Assembly: GCF_000737315.1 (NCBI RefSeq)
Contig: NZ_JMCB01000008.1
Location: 525,980 to 589,979, forward strand
Direction: 5' to 3'
Source of the DNA: Hyalangium minutum
GTDB taxonomy: Bacteria > Myxococcota > Myxococcia > Myxococcales > Myxococcaceae
Length of the DNA stretch: 64,000 nt
Of this stretch, positions 18,840-28,961 are shown piece after piece. Below the pieces are notes generated by a model. The model did not search any database. It was not told the DNA's origin and was given only the letters and a program-made list of their open reading frames with translations. The position numbers and the translations under genes were made by a program. Position 1 is the first letter of the stretch; every line of letters starts with the position of its first letter.

Positions 18840-20861
18840 GTGCAGCTTGTCTCGGTGCAGGTGGGGCCGTTCAAGTCAATCGACCAACCACAGACGGTCA
18901 AGATCGACCCAGAGGTAACCGTCTTCGTCGGTATGAACGAGGCGGGTAAGACCGTGTTCCTTCAGGCCCTTCATAAATCCGACGATGCCGCCGGTGTTGC
19001 CGTGTTCGACCCTGTTGAGGATTACCCTCGCAAGGACTTGTCGGCCTATCTCAGGCAACACACGACGAAGCCCGCCCAGGTCACGAAGCTTACCTACAAG
19101 CTTACAGCGGGCGAACTGGACGAGTTGAACCGCGACCTGCATACGAATCTCCCCGCCGACTTCGAATTTTCCCTGCTCCGGCATTATGACAATACACTAC
19201 GGATCCAACTGGGGATCGACGAAAAGCCTGTCCTGGATCATCTACGCCAAGATAGCCGGCTCAGCTCGGATGTGAGGGCAGCGCTAGCGGCAGTCACATC
19301 GGTAAGAAGTATCCCCAAAGCGACCGAGCATCTCAGCCTTACAGACAACGACAAAGGCTGGCTCGCCTCGGTCCAGCAGCGCATCACCAAGACGCAATGG
19401 GAATCCGTGACTCAAGCTGAAGCTTGGAATTGGTTGCAACCCCGCCTCCCAAAGTTTGCCTTCTTCGGAGAGTACGAGCTCCTGCCGAGCAAGCTGAATC
19501 TTACCGACTTGGCACGACGTGTTGAACAGGCGAAGTCAATCACGACGCCCCAGAATGCTCAGCAGGCCAAAGCTTCACAAAAACCTCTGGAGCCTCAGCA
19601 TCGTGCGGTACTTGCCTTATTGAGGATGGCTGATATCTCCGTAGAAGACTTCACGCGACCTGGAGGCGGGTATGAGTCCCTCAAGGCTAGGCTTGAAGCC
19701 ATCTCCATCAAGCTGACCGACGAAATACTGGAGTTCTGGAAACAAAACGAAGATCTAGAGGTCGAAGTCGACATTCGGCTCGATCCGGACGAACAGCCGC
19801 CTTTCAACAGTGGGCCGAACATCTACCTGCGCATCAAGAACCGGCGGCATCGCGGGGTCAGTACACCGTTCCACCAGCGGAGCAGGGGCTTCACCTGGTT
19901 CTTCAGCTTTCTGGTGTGGTTTGACAGCGTGCAACATCAACTAGCTGTTGGCGACCCTGGGGACCGTGACCTCATCCTGCTGCTGGATGAGCCCGGGCTG
20001 AATCTCCACGCACTCGCCCAAGCCGATTTCCTGCGGTACATCGACAGATTGGCTGAGAAACATCAAGTACTCTACACCACGCACTCTCCATTCATGGTCC
20101 ACTCTGACCGGCTTCACCAAGTCCGTGTCGTCGAGGATCGCGTAAAGGTGGGTACTGTGCTTTCCGATAATGTGAGCAACTCAGATCCGCGAACCATCTT
20201 TCCACTACAGGCGGCATTAGGCTGGACCCTAGCGCAGAACCTCTTTATTTCGGAGCGAAACCTATTGGTGGAAGGGCCCTCCGACCTGCTGTACCTGCAG
20301 GCGATCTCATCCCTCCTTGAGGCCCAAGGACGAGTTGGTTTGCGTGAGGAAGTAACTATCGTACCGACAGGTGGGCTCGACAAGGTGGTCACCTTCGTTG
20401 CGTTGCTTGGGGCAAACGGGCTCAAGCTTGCGGTCCTTCACGACTATCGGGGAAGGCCAGAGCAGAAACTTGAGGACCTTGTGAAGCAGAAGATGATCGC
20501 CCCCAAGGCCTTGCTCGACGTTTCGCAATTCCGAGATCTCGCCAATATCGGAAAGAGCAGCCGAGCATCGGACATCGAAGATCTCCTGCCGGTGAGCCTG
20601 TATCTCGATTACTTCAATAGGGCTTTCAGCCAGCAACTAGGTAGCACGAAGGTCACCGAAGCGGACTTGCCGGCCGGGGACCGGGTTCTTGATCGGATTG
20701 AACGACATCTGTCCACCACTAGAATACATATCCGCCCCAGTGGAGGCTTCAATCATTACGCCGTGGCCTCCCTCTTCGTCAGTAGTCCTCCATCCAGTCT
20801 CGACGCGGATGCCCTGGCTCGGTTCGAGTCGTTATTCCGGGCAGTGAATGGGCTGTTCTGA
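18840..20861 (+). CDS. OLD-family ABC-ATPase + TOPRIM nuclease, candidate anti-phage protein
   Basis: AAGGAG RBS before GTG; Walker A GMNEAGKT, Walker B LLLDEPG, TTHSP H-loop, TOPRIM LLVEGPSD and LHDY; AT-richer than flanks. Confidence 0.85.
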   Translation: MQLVSVQVGPFKSIDQPQTVKIDPEVTVFVGMNEAGKTVFLQALHKSDDAAGVAVFDPVEDYPRKDLSAYLRQHTTKPAQVTKLTYKLTAGELDELNRDLHTNLPADFEFSLLRHYDNTLRIQLGIDEKPVLDHLRQDSRLSSDVRAALAAVTSVRSIPKATEHLSLTDNDKGWLASVQQRITKTQWESVTQAEAWNWLQPRLPKFAFFGEYELLPSKLNLTDLARRVEQAKSITTPQNAQQAKASQKPLEPQHRAVLALLRMADISVEDFTRPGGGYESLKARLEAISIKLTDEILEFWKQNEDLEVEVDIRLDPDEQPPFNSGPNIYLRIKNRRHRGVSTPFHQRSRGFTWFFSFLVWFDSVQHQLAVGDPGDRDLILLLDEPGLNLHALAQADFLRYIDRLAEKHQVLYTTHSPFMVHSDRLHQVRVVEDRVKVGTVLSDNVSNSDPRTIFPLQAALGWTLAQNLFISERNLLVEGPSDLLYLQAISSLLEAQGRVGLREEVTIVPTGGLDKVVTFVALLGANGLKLAVLHDYRGRPEQKLEDLVKQKMIAPKALLDVSQFRDLANIGKSSRASDIEDLLPVSLYLDYFNRAFSQQLGSTKVTEADLPAGDRVLDRIERHLSTTRIHIRPSGGFNHYAVASLFVSSPPSSLDADALARFESLFRAVNGLF

Positions 20862-20884
20862 TCAACGCCTGTTGGGTAGAAAAT

Positions 20885-21245
20885 GCGCATAAGAAGGATA
20901 GGGGCAGTGTTGAAGGGAACGGGCGAGAGCAGAGAGGCAGCCGAGGGCTGCTGACGAGTGCCGGAGGGCCGAGTGCCACGTCGGTGCACCCACAGCGCAG
21001 CCTAAGAGGGTACACGCCTGCTTAAGCCGCCCTCCCATGAGGAAGCGGCAAGCGATGGGCCACTGCTGCTGATGAGCTGATGACTCAACACCACGAGTTC
21101 TGGGGGCCCCCGCGCCGGGGCCAGCCTCCCAGGCAGCGTGGGCAGACCTTAGGTGCTCCAAGAGGGCACGCACCCCACCGGGAGCCGTCACATACGTCAG
21201 CACCCGGCGCTTGCCTCCACACCTGCCGCACGCGAACACGTCTAG
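20885..21245 (-). mobile_element. IS91-like element terminus plus transposase 3' remnant
   Basis: FACGRCGGKRRVLTYVTAPGGVRALLEHL on the minus strand; terminal motif GCGCATAAGAAGGATAGGGGCAGTG at 20885. Confidence 0.75.
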
Positions 21246-21322
21246 CGCGAAGCTCCTGCGCAGCAGCCCGACTTCGTGGTTGGCAGGGTACGCAAATTCG
21301 TACAGGAGTAGTATCCGGTCCC

Positions 21323-24019
21323 ATGTTGCAGATCCTGAGTGAAACGGTTCTCAAGGGCACCTACCGCATCGATCAGAGGATCGGCATGGGCAGCATGGGC
21401 CCCGTCTATCGAGCCACCCACCTCGGGCTCGATAAGGCCATGGCGGTCAAGTTGCTCTCGCCGGATGCGCTCACCACGCCGCAAAGCTTCGCGCGCTTCA
21501 AGCGGGAGGCCATGGTCGTCAGCGGGGTCAACCACCCGGCGATGGTGCACGTCATCGACTTCGGGGAGGAGCAGGGCACGCCGTATATCGTCATGGAGTA
21601 CGTGGACGGCATCGATCTGGCCGAGTACATCGCGCACCAGGGGCCGATGCCGCCACGGCAGGCGGTGGCGGTGATGCGGCAGCTCGTCTCGCTGCTGCGC
21701 ACCATGCATGCGCAGGGCATCATCCACCGCAACCTCAAGCCGAGAAATATCCGGGTGCTCCAGGACGGCGAGGAGGATGGCCAGCTCTTCGTGAAGGTGC
21801 TTGCCTTCAGTCTCGCCACGGTGTTCGGCGAGCCTATCCATTCGGTGATACAGGGCACGCAACTGTACATGGCGCCAGAGCTGCTTGCCGGCAGGCAGAG
21901 CGACCAGCGGACGGATCTGTACGCCGCAGGGATGATCTTCCAAGAGATGCTAAGCGGAGATCGGCCCCCTCCTCTGCCCCTCCGCTGGGGGGCGCGACCT
22001 CTCCCCCCGGCCATGCCGGTGCCGAACGTGGTGCGCCAGACGCTGTGGACGTTTTGTGAGGAGCGCCCCCAAGATCGCTTCCAGAGCGCAGCGGAAGCGG
22101 AACATGCGCTCAGGGCTTGTGAGGATGCGCTGCGTCCCACTCCACCGGTGGCAGAGCGCAACCCCGCACGGCCCTCGGCCCAATCCAAGCCCCTCTCCCG
22201 CGAGAAGCCCCCGCCAGCCAACGGCCTGGACGTCGCCATCCTTACGGTCATCCAGCCCGAGCTCTTTGCCGTGCTCGACGCTTTGGGCATCTCTGCTTCT
22301 CAGAGAGAGAAGGATGCACACGGGACTGTGTACTTTCGCGGTTCACTGCGCTCGCAACTCACTGGGAGGGACTACGAACTCGTGGTGACGTGCATCGGTG
22401 CTGCCGGCAATTACGATGCATCCGCCGCCGCCTATGGCGTGATTGCGAAGCATCGACCCCGAGCGCTGCTCCTGCTGGGCATTGCTGCGGGAATGCGGGA
22501 GAAAGTCCAGATCGGGGAGGTTGTCCTCTCCGAACGCGTGGTGGCCTATGAACCTGCTGCTGTCGTGTCGTCGGGCGATGAGCGCTCATCGAACACGGAA
22601 CCACGCCCCGAGATCGATAGGCTGCCCCACTCAATGAGTCAGGATGTCACCACCTACAGGCCCAAGCCCGCCAGACTCGAGGCCCTATTCCGCGATGCCG
22701 GAGGACAGTTCCCTGTTGCGCCGGCCGGCCGAGAGGACGAGTTTCTAAACCTGGTCGCCACGACCATCAAGGTACGTGCCGCGACGATTGCCAGCGGGGA
22801 GAAGCTGCTGAGAGACCCAGCCAAGCTCCGAGCCGTCAAGCAGGAGCAGCATGGCAAGGTCGAGGTGGGCGAAATGGAAGCTGCGGGGCTGGTGGCTGCG
22901 TGCCGCCGCGCCAATGTCCCCTGGCTGGTCATCCGGGGCATCTCGGACTTTGGAGATCCATTCAAGGATGATCGTTTCCACGATTTCGCTTCACGTGCGG
23001 CAGCGACGGTCCTCGCGGATTTCCTGGCGTATGGGCTTTCCATTCCTGCCCGCTCGGGTCAGGTGACGGTGCCCGTTCCTCACTACCCCGATGAGCAGAC
23101 CCGCCTCTTGAGCCTTCAGCTTCAGGGCGCACGGGAGCGGAAGAAGCGGCTCCAGGACTCTGGGGTTGGGACGGCTCAGGTTGATCAAGAGATTCTGGCT
23201 CTGCGCCGTCACCTCCGAGAAGGAGGCCGGCTTCGAGCGGGTGATTCGCTAGGGGATGGCCGATACCTGCTGATCGAGTCCGTAGGCAGTGGAGGCTTCG
23301 CTACCATCTGGAGAGCACACGATCAGCAGGCGCAGAGGATCATCGCCATCAAGGTGCTGCATGCGAACCTGGCCGGCGATGAGGAACGACGGGAGCGATT
23401 CTTCCGCGGGGCGCGACGCATGGCGGAACTCCAGCACCCCGCAGTGGTTCAGGTGCTCGAGCAACACGGCGAAGACGGTGGGTACCAGTACTTCGTCATG
23501 GAATACATGCCTGGTGGAAACCTTCGTCAAGCAGTGCTCGAAAGACTCATCATGCCCGACAGAATCATTCCCATCATCCTCCGTGTCGGAGAAGCACTCG
23601 CGCTGGCTCACTCAAAGGGGATCATCCACCGCGATATCAAGCCCGCCAACATCCTCTTGGACAGCCATGGACAACCCCACCTTACGGACTTCGACCTCGT
23701 GGGTGCACTCGATACGACAGGAGGGACGAAGAGTGGAGCGATGGGGACCATCGTGTACGCGGCACCAGAGTGCCTGGAGCGTCCCCAGGAGGCAGACCCG
23801 AGGGCCGACGTCTATGGCCTTGGCATGACCGCCATCTTCGGGCTCCATGGAGCCGATCTGCCATTGCAGATCCTGAGGGGGCCCGAGCCCTTTCTCGAGC
23901 AACTTCCCTGCGCTGAAGGGCTGAAGGCGGTCCTGCACCGCGCCACCAGCATGGTTCCGGGCGATCGCTATGAAGATGCAAGCGAGTTCATCACGGCCCT
24001 TAGCGCATCGGGCGAATAG
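21323..24019 (+). CDS. Pseudokinase - PNP/MTA-SAH nucleosidase-like domain - Ser/Thr kinase fusion
   Basis: Kinase 1 has HRNLKPRN and AFS in place of HRD and DFG; middle domain ILTVIQPE..LLGIAAG..IASGEK..EMEAAG..IRGISD; kinase 2 has GSGGFA, AIK, HRDIKPAN, DFD and APE. Confidence 0.85.
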   Translation: MLQILSETVLKGTYRIDQRIGMGSMGPVYRATHLGLDKAMAVKLLSPDALTTPQSFARFKREAMVVSGVNHPAMVHVIDFGEEQGTPYIVMEYVDGIDLAEYIAHQGPMPPRQAVAVMRQLVSLLRTMHAQGIIHRNLKPRNIRVLQDGEEDGQLFVKVLAFSLATVFGEPIHSVIQGTQLYMAPELLAGRQSDQRTDLYAAGMIFQEMLSGDRPPPLPLRWGARPLPPAMPVPNVVRQTLWTFCEERPQDRFQSAAEAEHALRACEDALRPTPPVAERNPARPSAQSKPLSREKPPPANGLDVAILTVIQPELFAVLDALGISASQREKDAHGTVYFRGSLRSQLTGRDYELVVTCIGAAGNYDASAAAYGVIAKHRPRALLLLGIAAGMREKVQIGEVVLSERVVAYEPAAVVSSGDERSSNTEPRPEIDRLPHSMSQDVTTYRPKPARLEALFRDAGGQFPVAPAGREDEFLNLVATTIKVRAATIASGEKLLRDPAKLRAVKQEQHGKVEVGEMEAAGLVAACRRANVPWLVIRGISDFGDPFKDDRFHDFASRAAATVLADFLAYGLSIPARSGQVTVPVPHYPDEQTRLLSLQLQGARERKKRLQDSGVGTAQVDQEILALRRHLREGGRLRAGDSLGDGRYLLIESVGSGGFATIWRAHDQQAQRIIAIKVLHANLAGDEERRERFFRGARRMAELQHPAVVQVLEQHGEDGGYQYFVMEYMPGGNLRQAVLERLIMPDRIIPIILRVGEALALAHSKGIIHRDIKPANILLDSHGQPHLTDFDLVGALDTTGGTKSGAMGTIVYAAPECLERPQEADPRADVYGLGMTAIFGLHGADLPLQILRGPEPFLEQLPCAEGLKAVLHRATSMVPGDRYEDASEFITALSASGE

Positions 24020-24125
24020 GATGCCGGTTGAGGGTGTGGGACGCATAGGAGGGACAGGGGCACTGTTAGGTGCGAGGGAGGGGCATAGAGCGGCAGCGGA
24101 GGGTGGCTGACAGGGTTCCAGGGCC
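24013..24125 (-). mobile_element. IS91-like terminus copies (two adjacent variants)
   Basis: CGAATAGGA..CGG.TTGAGGGTG.GGG at 24013 matches 28962; ACGCATAGGAGGGACAGGGGCACTG at 24041 matches 20885 and 36345. Confidence 0.65.
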
Positions 24126-24247
24126 GTACGCGGGACGGGTGGCACCCACGGAACTCCGACAGGCCCGCTGTCAAAATGCTGCGGCTGGAAGTCCTACGGG
24201 ACCTACGCTCGACCGTGTGAGATCGCCCTCGCCAGAAGTTCCAAGCG

Positions 24248-24272
24248 GCGGGTTCGATTCCCGCCGCTTCCA
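24248..24272 (+). repeat. tmRNA 3'-end copy (att-like remnant 4)
   Basis: GCGGG-TTCGATT-CCCGC-CGCTTCC-A. Confidence 0.75.
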
Positions 24273-24483
24273 AAGGATGAGCGTTCTACTGAGAGCCAGG
24301 AGGCACAGAGCTCGGAGGAGGCTTTCTCCCTGACGGGCCTGACGAAGCAGTCCTCTGTTCTCCCTCCGAGGCACCGTGCAGTGGAGTGTGTACCGCCTGC
24401 GAAGCCCAGAGGTCACCGCGAGCGCCACCATCGTCGCCGTTCGAGGCGTTGCGGCTCTGCCGCGACGCACGTAGCGTCGGTGC

Positions 24484-24650
24484 ATGCCAGTCGACCTCTA
24501 CGCCGGGATCGCCGTCTCGGACTTCGCCACGGCGCGCGACTGGTACTCGCGACTGTTCGGGGGACCGCCCTCGTTCGTCGCCACTCCCACGGAAGCGGTT
24601 ATCGCGATCCCGACGGGAACGAAATCAGCGTCGGCGGCGTCCCGCTCTGA
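24484..24650 (+). pseudogene. Internally deleted VOC/glyoxalase gene
   Basis: MPVDLYAGIAVSDFATARDWYSRLFG start joined out of frame to the YRDPDGNEISVGG-stop end. Confidence 0.6.
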
Positions 24651-24665
24651 TCCTTCACAACCTGA

Positions 24666-25679
24666 TTGTCACCTGAAGAGGAGATACAGCCCATGCAGAT
24701 GTATCCCGCCTGTCCGAAGAGCTTGTTCGAATCCGTGCCTGGCACAGTCCAGGGATTGTCGTTTCTGGCGATGTTGAGTGCACTGCCGTTGCTGGGATGC
24801 GGCCTGGGACAGGGCTCCCCCTCCCCCGTCAGCGAGCGGAACCTCTCGACAGCAGGAGCGCTCACTGGGTGGGCGAGCGATGATCCAGGACAAGCTTTTG
24901 CATCCACCTTCTTCTCAGAGGTTCAGGCGGGTTATGACAACACCTGCGGCGTGAAGACGGACGGAACGCTCGCGTGCTGGGGGGAGGACTCCTACGGCCA
25001 GTCGTCGCCGCCAGCTGGCAGCTTCACGCAGGTCAGCGCGGGCAATAGCCATGCCTGTGGGTTGGATACGGCCGGGGCCGTCTCGTGCTGGGGGAACAAC
25101 AGCGGGGGCCAGGCCACGCCGCCCACCGGCAGCTTCACGCAGGTCAGCGCGGGCACTTCCCACACGTGCGGCGTGAAGACGGACGGGACGCTCGCGTGCT
25201 GGGGCTTCAACTCCTACGGCGAGTCCTCACCGCCCGCGGGAACCTTCACGCAGGTCAGCGCGGGCATGCAGCATACCTGTGGAGTGAAGACGAACGGGAC
25301 CGTCGCGTGCTGGGGACTCAACTTCGCCCGCCAGGCCTCACCTCCCGTGGGGACCTTCACCCAGGTCAGTGCGGGCTACGCAAGCACCTGTGGAGTGAGG
25401 ACGAACGGGACGCTCGCGTGCTGGGGCTTTGCGCATGCGCCGGGTTCGCCACCGACGGGGACCTTCACCCAGGTCAGCGTGGGCGGCTACCACACCTGCG
25501 GCCTGAGGCAGGACGGGACGGTGGCGTGCTGGGGAGCCAACAACGACGGCCAGTCCTCGGCTCCAGCAGGCCTCTTCACGCAGGTCAGCGCGGACGGCTA
25601 CCACACCTGCGGCCTGAGGCAGGACGGGACGGTGGAGTGCTGGGGAAACAACTTCGCCGGGCAGACCTCACCCCCGTAG
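24666..25679 (+). CDS. RCC1-like repeat beta-propeller protein, probably secreted or lipoprotein (start uncertain)
   Basis: Seven roughly 37-aa repeats FTQVSAGxxHTCGxxTDGTxxCWGxxxxGQ; hydrophobic LLGC segment. Confidence 0.85.
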   Translation: MSPEEEIQPMQMYPACPKSLFESVPGTVQGLSFLAMLSALPLLGCGLGQGSPSPVSERNLSTAGALTGWASDDPGQAFASTFFSEVQAGYDNTCGVKTDGTLACWGEDSYGQSSPPAGSFTQVSAGNSHACGLDTAGAVSCWGNNSGGQATPPTGSFTQVSAGTSHTCGVKTDGTLACWGFNSYGESSPPAGTFTQVSAGMQHTCGVKTNGTVACWGLNFARQASPPVGTFTQVSAGYASTCGVRTNGTLACWGFAHAPGSPPTGTFTQVSVGGYHTCGLRQDGTVACWGANNDGQSSAPAGLFTQVSADGYHTCGLRQDGTVECWGNNFAGQTSPP

Positions 25680-25767
25680 ACCCCAGGACGCCAGATCAGC
25701 CCTCGGGCCCCTTGGCTGGTCGAGCCCCCCGGCCGCCTCTCTGCGCGTGTCCGGGCTAAGGTCGGGC

Positions 25768-28700
25768 ATGATGAGGCGCGCGAACTCCCCTCTTGTTGCC
25801 ACCCTGGCGCTCTTCCTGACGGCGGCCGCGCCTGATCCGCGAGCGACGCCGGTGCTCGACACCTTCGACGACCTCACGCCTTGGCGGGTGGCGGCGTCGG
25901 ATGGCGTCTCCGTCTCGAAAGCGCCGGTGCCGGGTGCGCAGGGCGGTGCGCTCCGGCTGTCCTTCAACCTAGGCCCATCCGCCGGCTACGCCTTCGCTCG
26001 CCAGGACCTTCCGCTCTGCCTGCCGGACAACTTCGAGCTCGCCTTCCTCGTGCGCGGCGAGGCAGCACCCAACAATCTCGAGTTCAAGCTGGTAGACGCC
26101 AGCGGCGACAATGTCTGGTGGCATGTCCGGCGCGACTTCCAGTTCAGCCGCGAGTGGCGCGAAGTGCGCATCAAGAGACGCCAGATCTCCTTCGCCTGGG
26201 GTCCCCTTGAGGACAAGACCCTGCGCTGTACCGCAACGCTCGAGTTCGTGGTCAGCGCGGGCAGTGGCGGCGGCGCGGGATGGATAGAGATAGACCAGCT
26301 CATGCTCCGGCACCTCCCGGCTGATTCCGGAACTCCGCCGCCGATCACCGCGAGCGCCACAACTGCGAACGGCCTTGCGCCACTCGCCGTCGACAACGAT
26401 CCAGCGACCGCATGGCGCAGTCCTGCACCGGCCCGCGATCCACAGATACTGACGCTCGATCTCGGCCGCATGCGCGAATTCGGTGGGCTCTCGCTCCTGT
26501 GGCTGCCGGGCGCTCACGCGCGCGATTACGACATCGAGCTCTCGGACGAGGGGCTCCACTGGCGCCTGCTGCGCCGCGTGCACGGTGGAGACGGTGGCGA
26601 AGACCCGATCATGGCGACGGAGTCGGAGGCCCGTTTCATCCGGATCCGCATGCAGAACCCCGCCGGGCAGGGCTTCGGGCTCGCGGACATTCGCGTCGAG
26701 CCGCTTCAGTTTGGCGCCGATGCGAACGCCTTCCTCACGGAGCTGGCCCGCCGGGCGCCGCGCGGCCTCTATCCGCGAGGATTCGCCGGTCAGCAGACCT
26801 ACTGGACGCTGATAGGCGTCAAGAGTGGCGGCGACGGCGCGCTCTTGTCCGAGGACGGCGCACTGGAGATCGGCCGCGGCGGCGTTTCCATTGAACCCTT
26901 CGTCATTGAGGCGGGCCGCCTCACAACCTGGGCGGACGCGGCAATCGCGCATCGCCTCGCGGACAACGCTCTGCCAATCCCTTCGGTGGAGTGGACACGT
27001 CCCTCCTGGAAGCTGACGGTGGCCGCCTTCGTGGCGGGTGAGCGCGGAAACGAACGTCTCGTTGGCCGCTACACGCTGAAGAACCTCACCGGCGCACCGC
27101 TCTCGCTGCGTCTTGCCCTGGCTGTCCGTCCGCTGCAAGTGAATCCTCCCACGCAGTTTCTGACAACGCCGGGCGGCATCAGTCCGATCCGCACGATGTC
27201 GTGGGACGGCACGGTGATGAGCGCGGGCCTGCGCCGCATCTACCCGCTCCAGCGCCCGGACATGGCGAGCGTCTCAACCTTCGACAGCGGCGCCTATCCT
27301 CAACGCCTCATGAGGGCTGATGCCGCGGGCGAACGCGCGGCCGAGGACGAGACGGGCCTTGCCTCTGGGGTACTTGCCTACGATGTCGTCCTGCCGCCAG
27401 ACGGAGAGAAGCGCCTGGGCATTGTCGCACCGCTGACGGGCAACACTCAGGCCCTGCCAAGTGCGGCACCCGACAGCTGGCTCGATGAAGAGGAGGCACG
27501 CGTCGCCGCCTTCTGGCGGAAGGAGCTCTCCAGCGCCGTGGTTGAGGCAGCCGGCGAAGGGCGCGAGGTGACCAACGCCCTGCGCACCTCGCTCGCGCAC
27601 ATGCTCATCATGCAGGACGGGCCGATCCTGCGTCCTGGAGCACGGTCCTATGCGCGCTCCTGGATCCGCGACGGCGCGATGATCGCCGAGGCGCTCCTGC
27701 GTCTGGGTCACGCGGAGGAAGCCAAGGCCTATCTGCGCTGGTACGCAACGCACCTGTTCGCCAACGGCAAGGTCCCCTGCTGCGTCGATAAGCGCGGAGC
27801 CGATCCCGTTCCGGAGAATGACAGTCACGGCGAGTTCATCCACCTCGCGGCGGAAGTCTGGCGCTACACCGGCGACCGTGCCCTGCTTCAGTCCGTCTGG
27901 CCGAAGGTGGCAGCGGCGGCGGAGTACATGAATCAGCAGCGCCTCTCCGAGCGCACACCGGCCCATCTCGCCACGCCCGAGCGGCGCAACCTCTACGGGC
28001 TCATGCCGCCCTCCATCTCGCATGAAGGCTATTCAGCGAAGCCCGCCTACTCCTACTGGGACGATTTCTGGACGCTGCGAGGCTTCGAGGACGCCGTCAT
28101 GCTCGCGGCGGCGTTCGGCGATCCTATGACACGGACGCGCCTTGCCGCTCAGCGCGATGAATTCCGCACCGATCTGATGAAGTCCCTTCGTCTGACCGCG
28201 GACCGGTTCAAGATTCCCTATATCGCCGGTGCCGCCGACCTGGGCGACTTCGACGCCACCTCGACGACGATCGCGCTCTCGCCCGGCGGACTCCGCCGTC
28301 AGCTGCCCTCGGATCTCCTGGAAGGAACGTTCGATCGCTACTGGCAGAACTTCGTGGCGCGCCGCGATGGCGCTACCTCATGGAAGGATTACACGCCTTA
28401 TGAATGGCGCGTGGTGGGCGCGTTTGTCCGCCTCGGGAGCCGCGACCGGGCCAGACAGGCCCTCGATTTCTTCATGAACGATCGCCGCCCGCTCGCTTGG
28501 AACCAGTGGGCGGAGGTCGTCGGCCGCGAACCGCGCGAGCCACGCTTCATCGGCGACATGCCGCACGGCTGGGTTGCCTCCGACTACATCCGCTCAGCGC
28601 TGGACCTCTTCGTGTATGAGCGGCGCGACGACAGCGCGCTCGTGCTCGCGGCTGGCGTTCCAGAGAGCTGGCTGCGCGGTGACGGCGTACGTCTCGAGAA

Positions 28701-28935
28701 TTACCGTACGCCGTGGGGAGCGCTGAGCCTCTCCATGCAAGCGGAGGGTGATCGGCTGACCATTCGCCTCCAGGGCACCGCCCGGCCACCTGGCGGTTTC
28801 GTCATTCCCGCTGATCTCTTCGGCCCTTCCGACGCGCTCGTCGACGGCCGGCGCGCGAAGTGGAGCGGCGCTGAGCTCAAGGCCGCGCGCGCTCCGGCGG
28901 TCATCGTCCTCACCCGCCGGAAGGGAGGTCCCTGA
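25768..28935 (+). CDS. Secreted discoidin (F5/8 type C) domain six-hairpin glycosidase
   Basis: Signal peptide; AVDNDPATAWRS..LTLDLG discoidin motif; YARSWIRDG (alpha/alpha)6 glycosidase motif. Confidence 0.8.
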   Translation: MMRRANSPLVATLALFLTAAAPDPRATPVLDTFDDLTPWRVAASDGVSVSKAPVPGAQGGALRLSFNLGPSAGYAFARQDLPLCLPDNFELAFLVRGEAAPNNLEFKLVDASGDNVWWHVRRDFQFSREWREVRIKRRQISFAWGPLEDKTLRCTATLEFVVSAGSGGGAGWIEIDQLMLRHLPADSGTPPPITASATTANGLAPLAVDNDPATAWRSPAPARDPQILTLDLGRMREFGGLSLLWLPGAHARDYDIELSDEGLHWRLLRRVHGGDGGEDPIMATESEARFIRIRMQNPAGQGFGLADIRVEPLQFGADANAFLTELARRAPRGLYPRGFAGQQTYWTLIGVKSGGDGALLSEDGALEIGRGGVSIEPFVIEAGRLTTWADAAIAHRLADNALPIPSVEWTRPSWKLTVAAFVAGERGNERLVGRYTLKNLTGAPLSLRLALAVRPLQVNPPTQFLTTPGGISPIRTMSWDGTVMSAGLRRIYPLQRPDMASVSTFDSGAYPQRLMRADAAGERAAEDETGLASGVLAYDVVLPPDGEKRLGIVAPLTGNTQALPSAAPDSWLDEEEARVAAFWRKELSSAVVEAAGEGREVTNALRTSLAHMLIMQDGPILRPGARSYARSWIRDGAMIAEALLRLGHAEEAKAYLRWYATHLFANGKVPCCVDKRGADPVPENDSHGEFIHLAAEVWRYTGDRALLQSVWPKVAAAAEYMNQQRLSERTPAHLATPERRNLYGLMPPSISHEGYSAKPAYSYWDDFWTLRGFEDAVMLAAAFGDPMTRTRLAAQRDEFRTDLMKSLRLTADRFKIPYIAGAADLGDFDATSTTIALSPGGLRRQLPSDLLEGTFDRYWQNFVARRDGATSWKDYTPYEWRVVGAFVRLGSRDRARQALDFFMNDRRPLAWNQWAEVVGREPREPRFIGDMPHGWVASDYIRSALDLFVYERRDDSALVLAAGVPESWLRGDGVRLENYRTPWGALSLSMQAEGDRLTIRLQGTARPPGGFVIPADLFGPSDALVDGRRAKWSGAELKAARAPAVIVLTRRKGGP

Positions 28936-28961
28936 CCCGGCGGACCGGCGGGCGCAGAGGA

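Noticed and set aside
18840-24019. Gabija (GajA-GajB) call
   Set aside because: No UvrD-like helicase follows the OLD gene; the next gene is a kinase fusion behind an IS remnant
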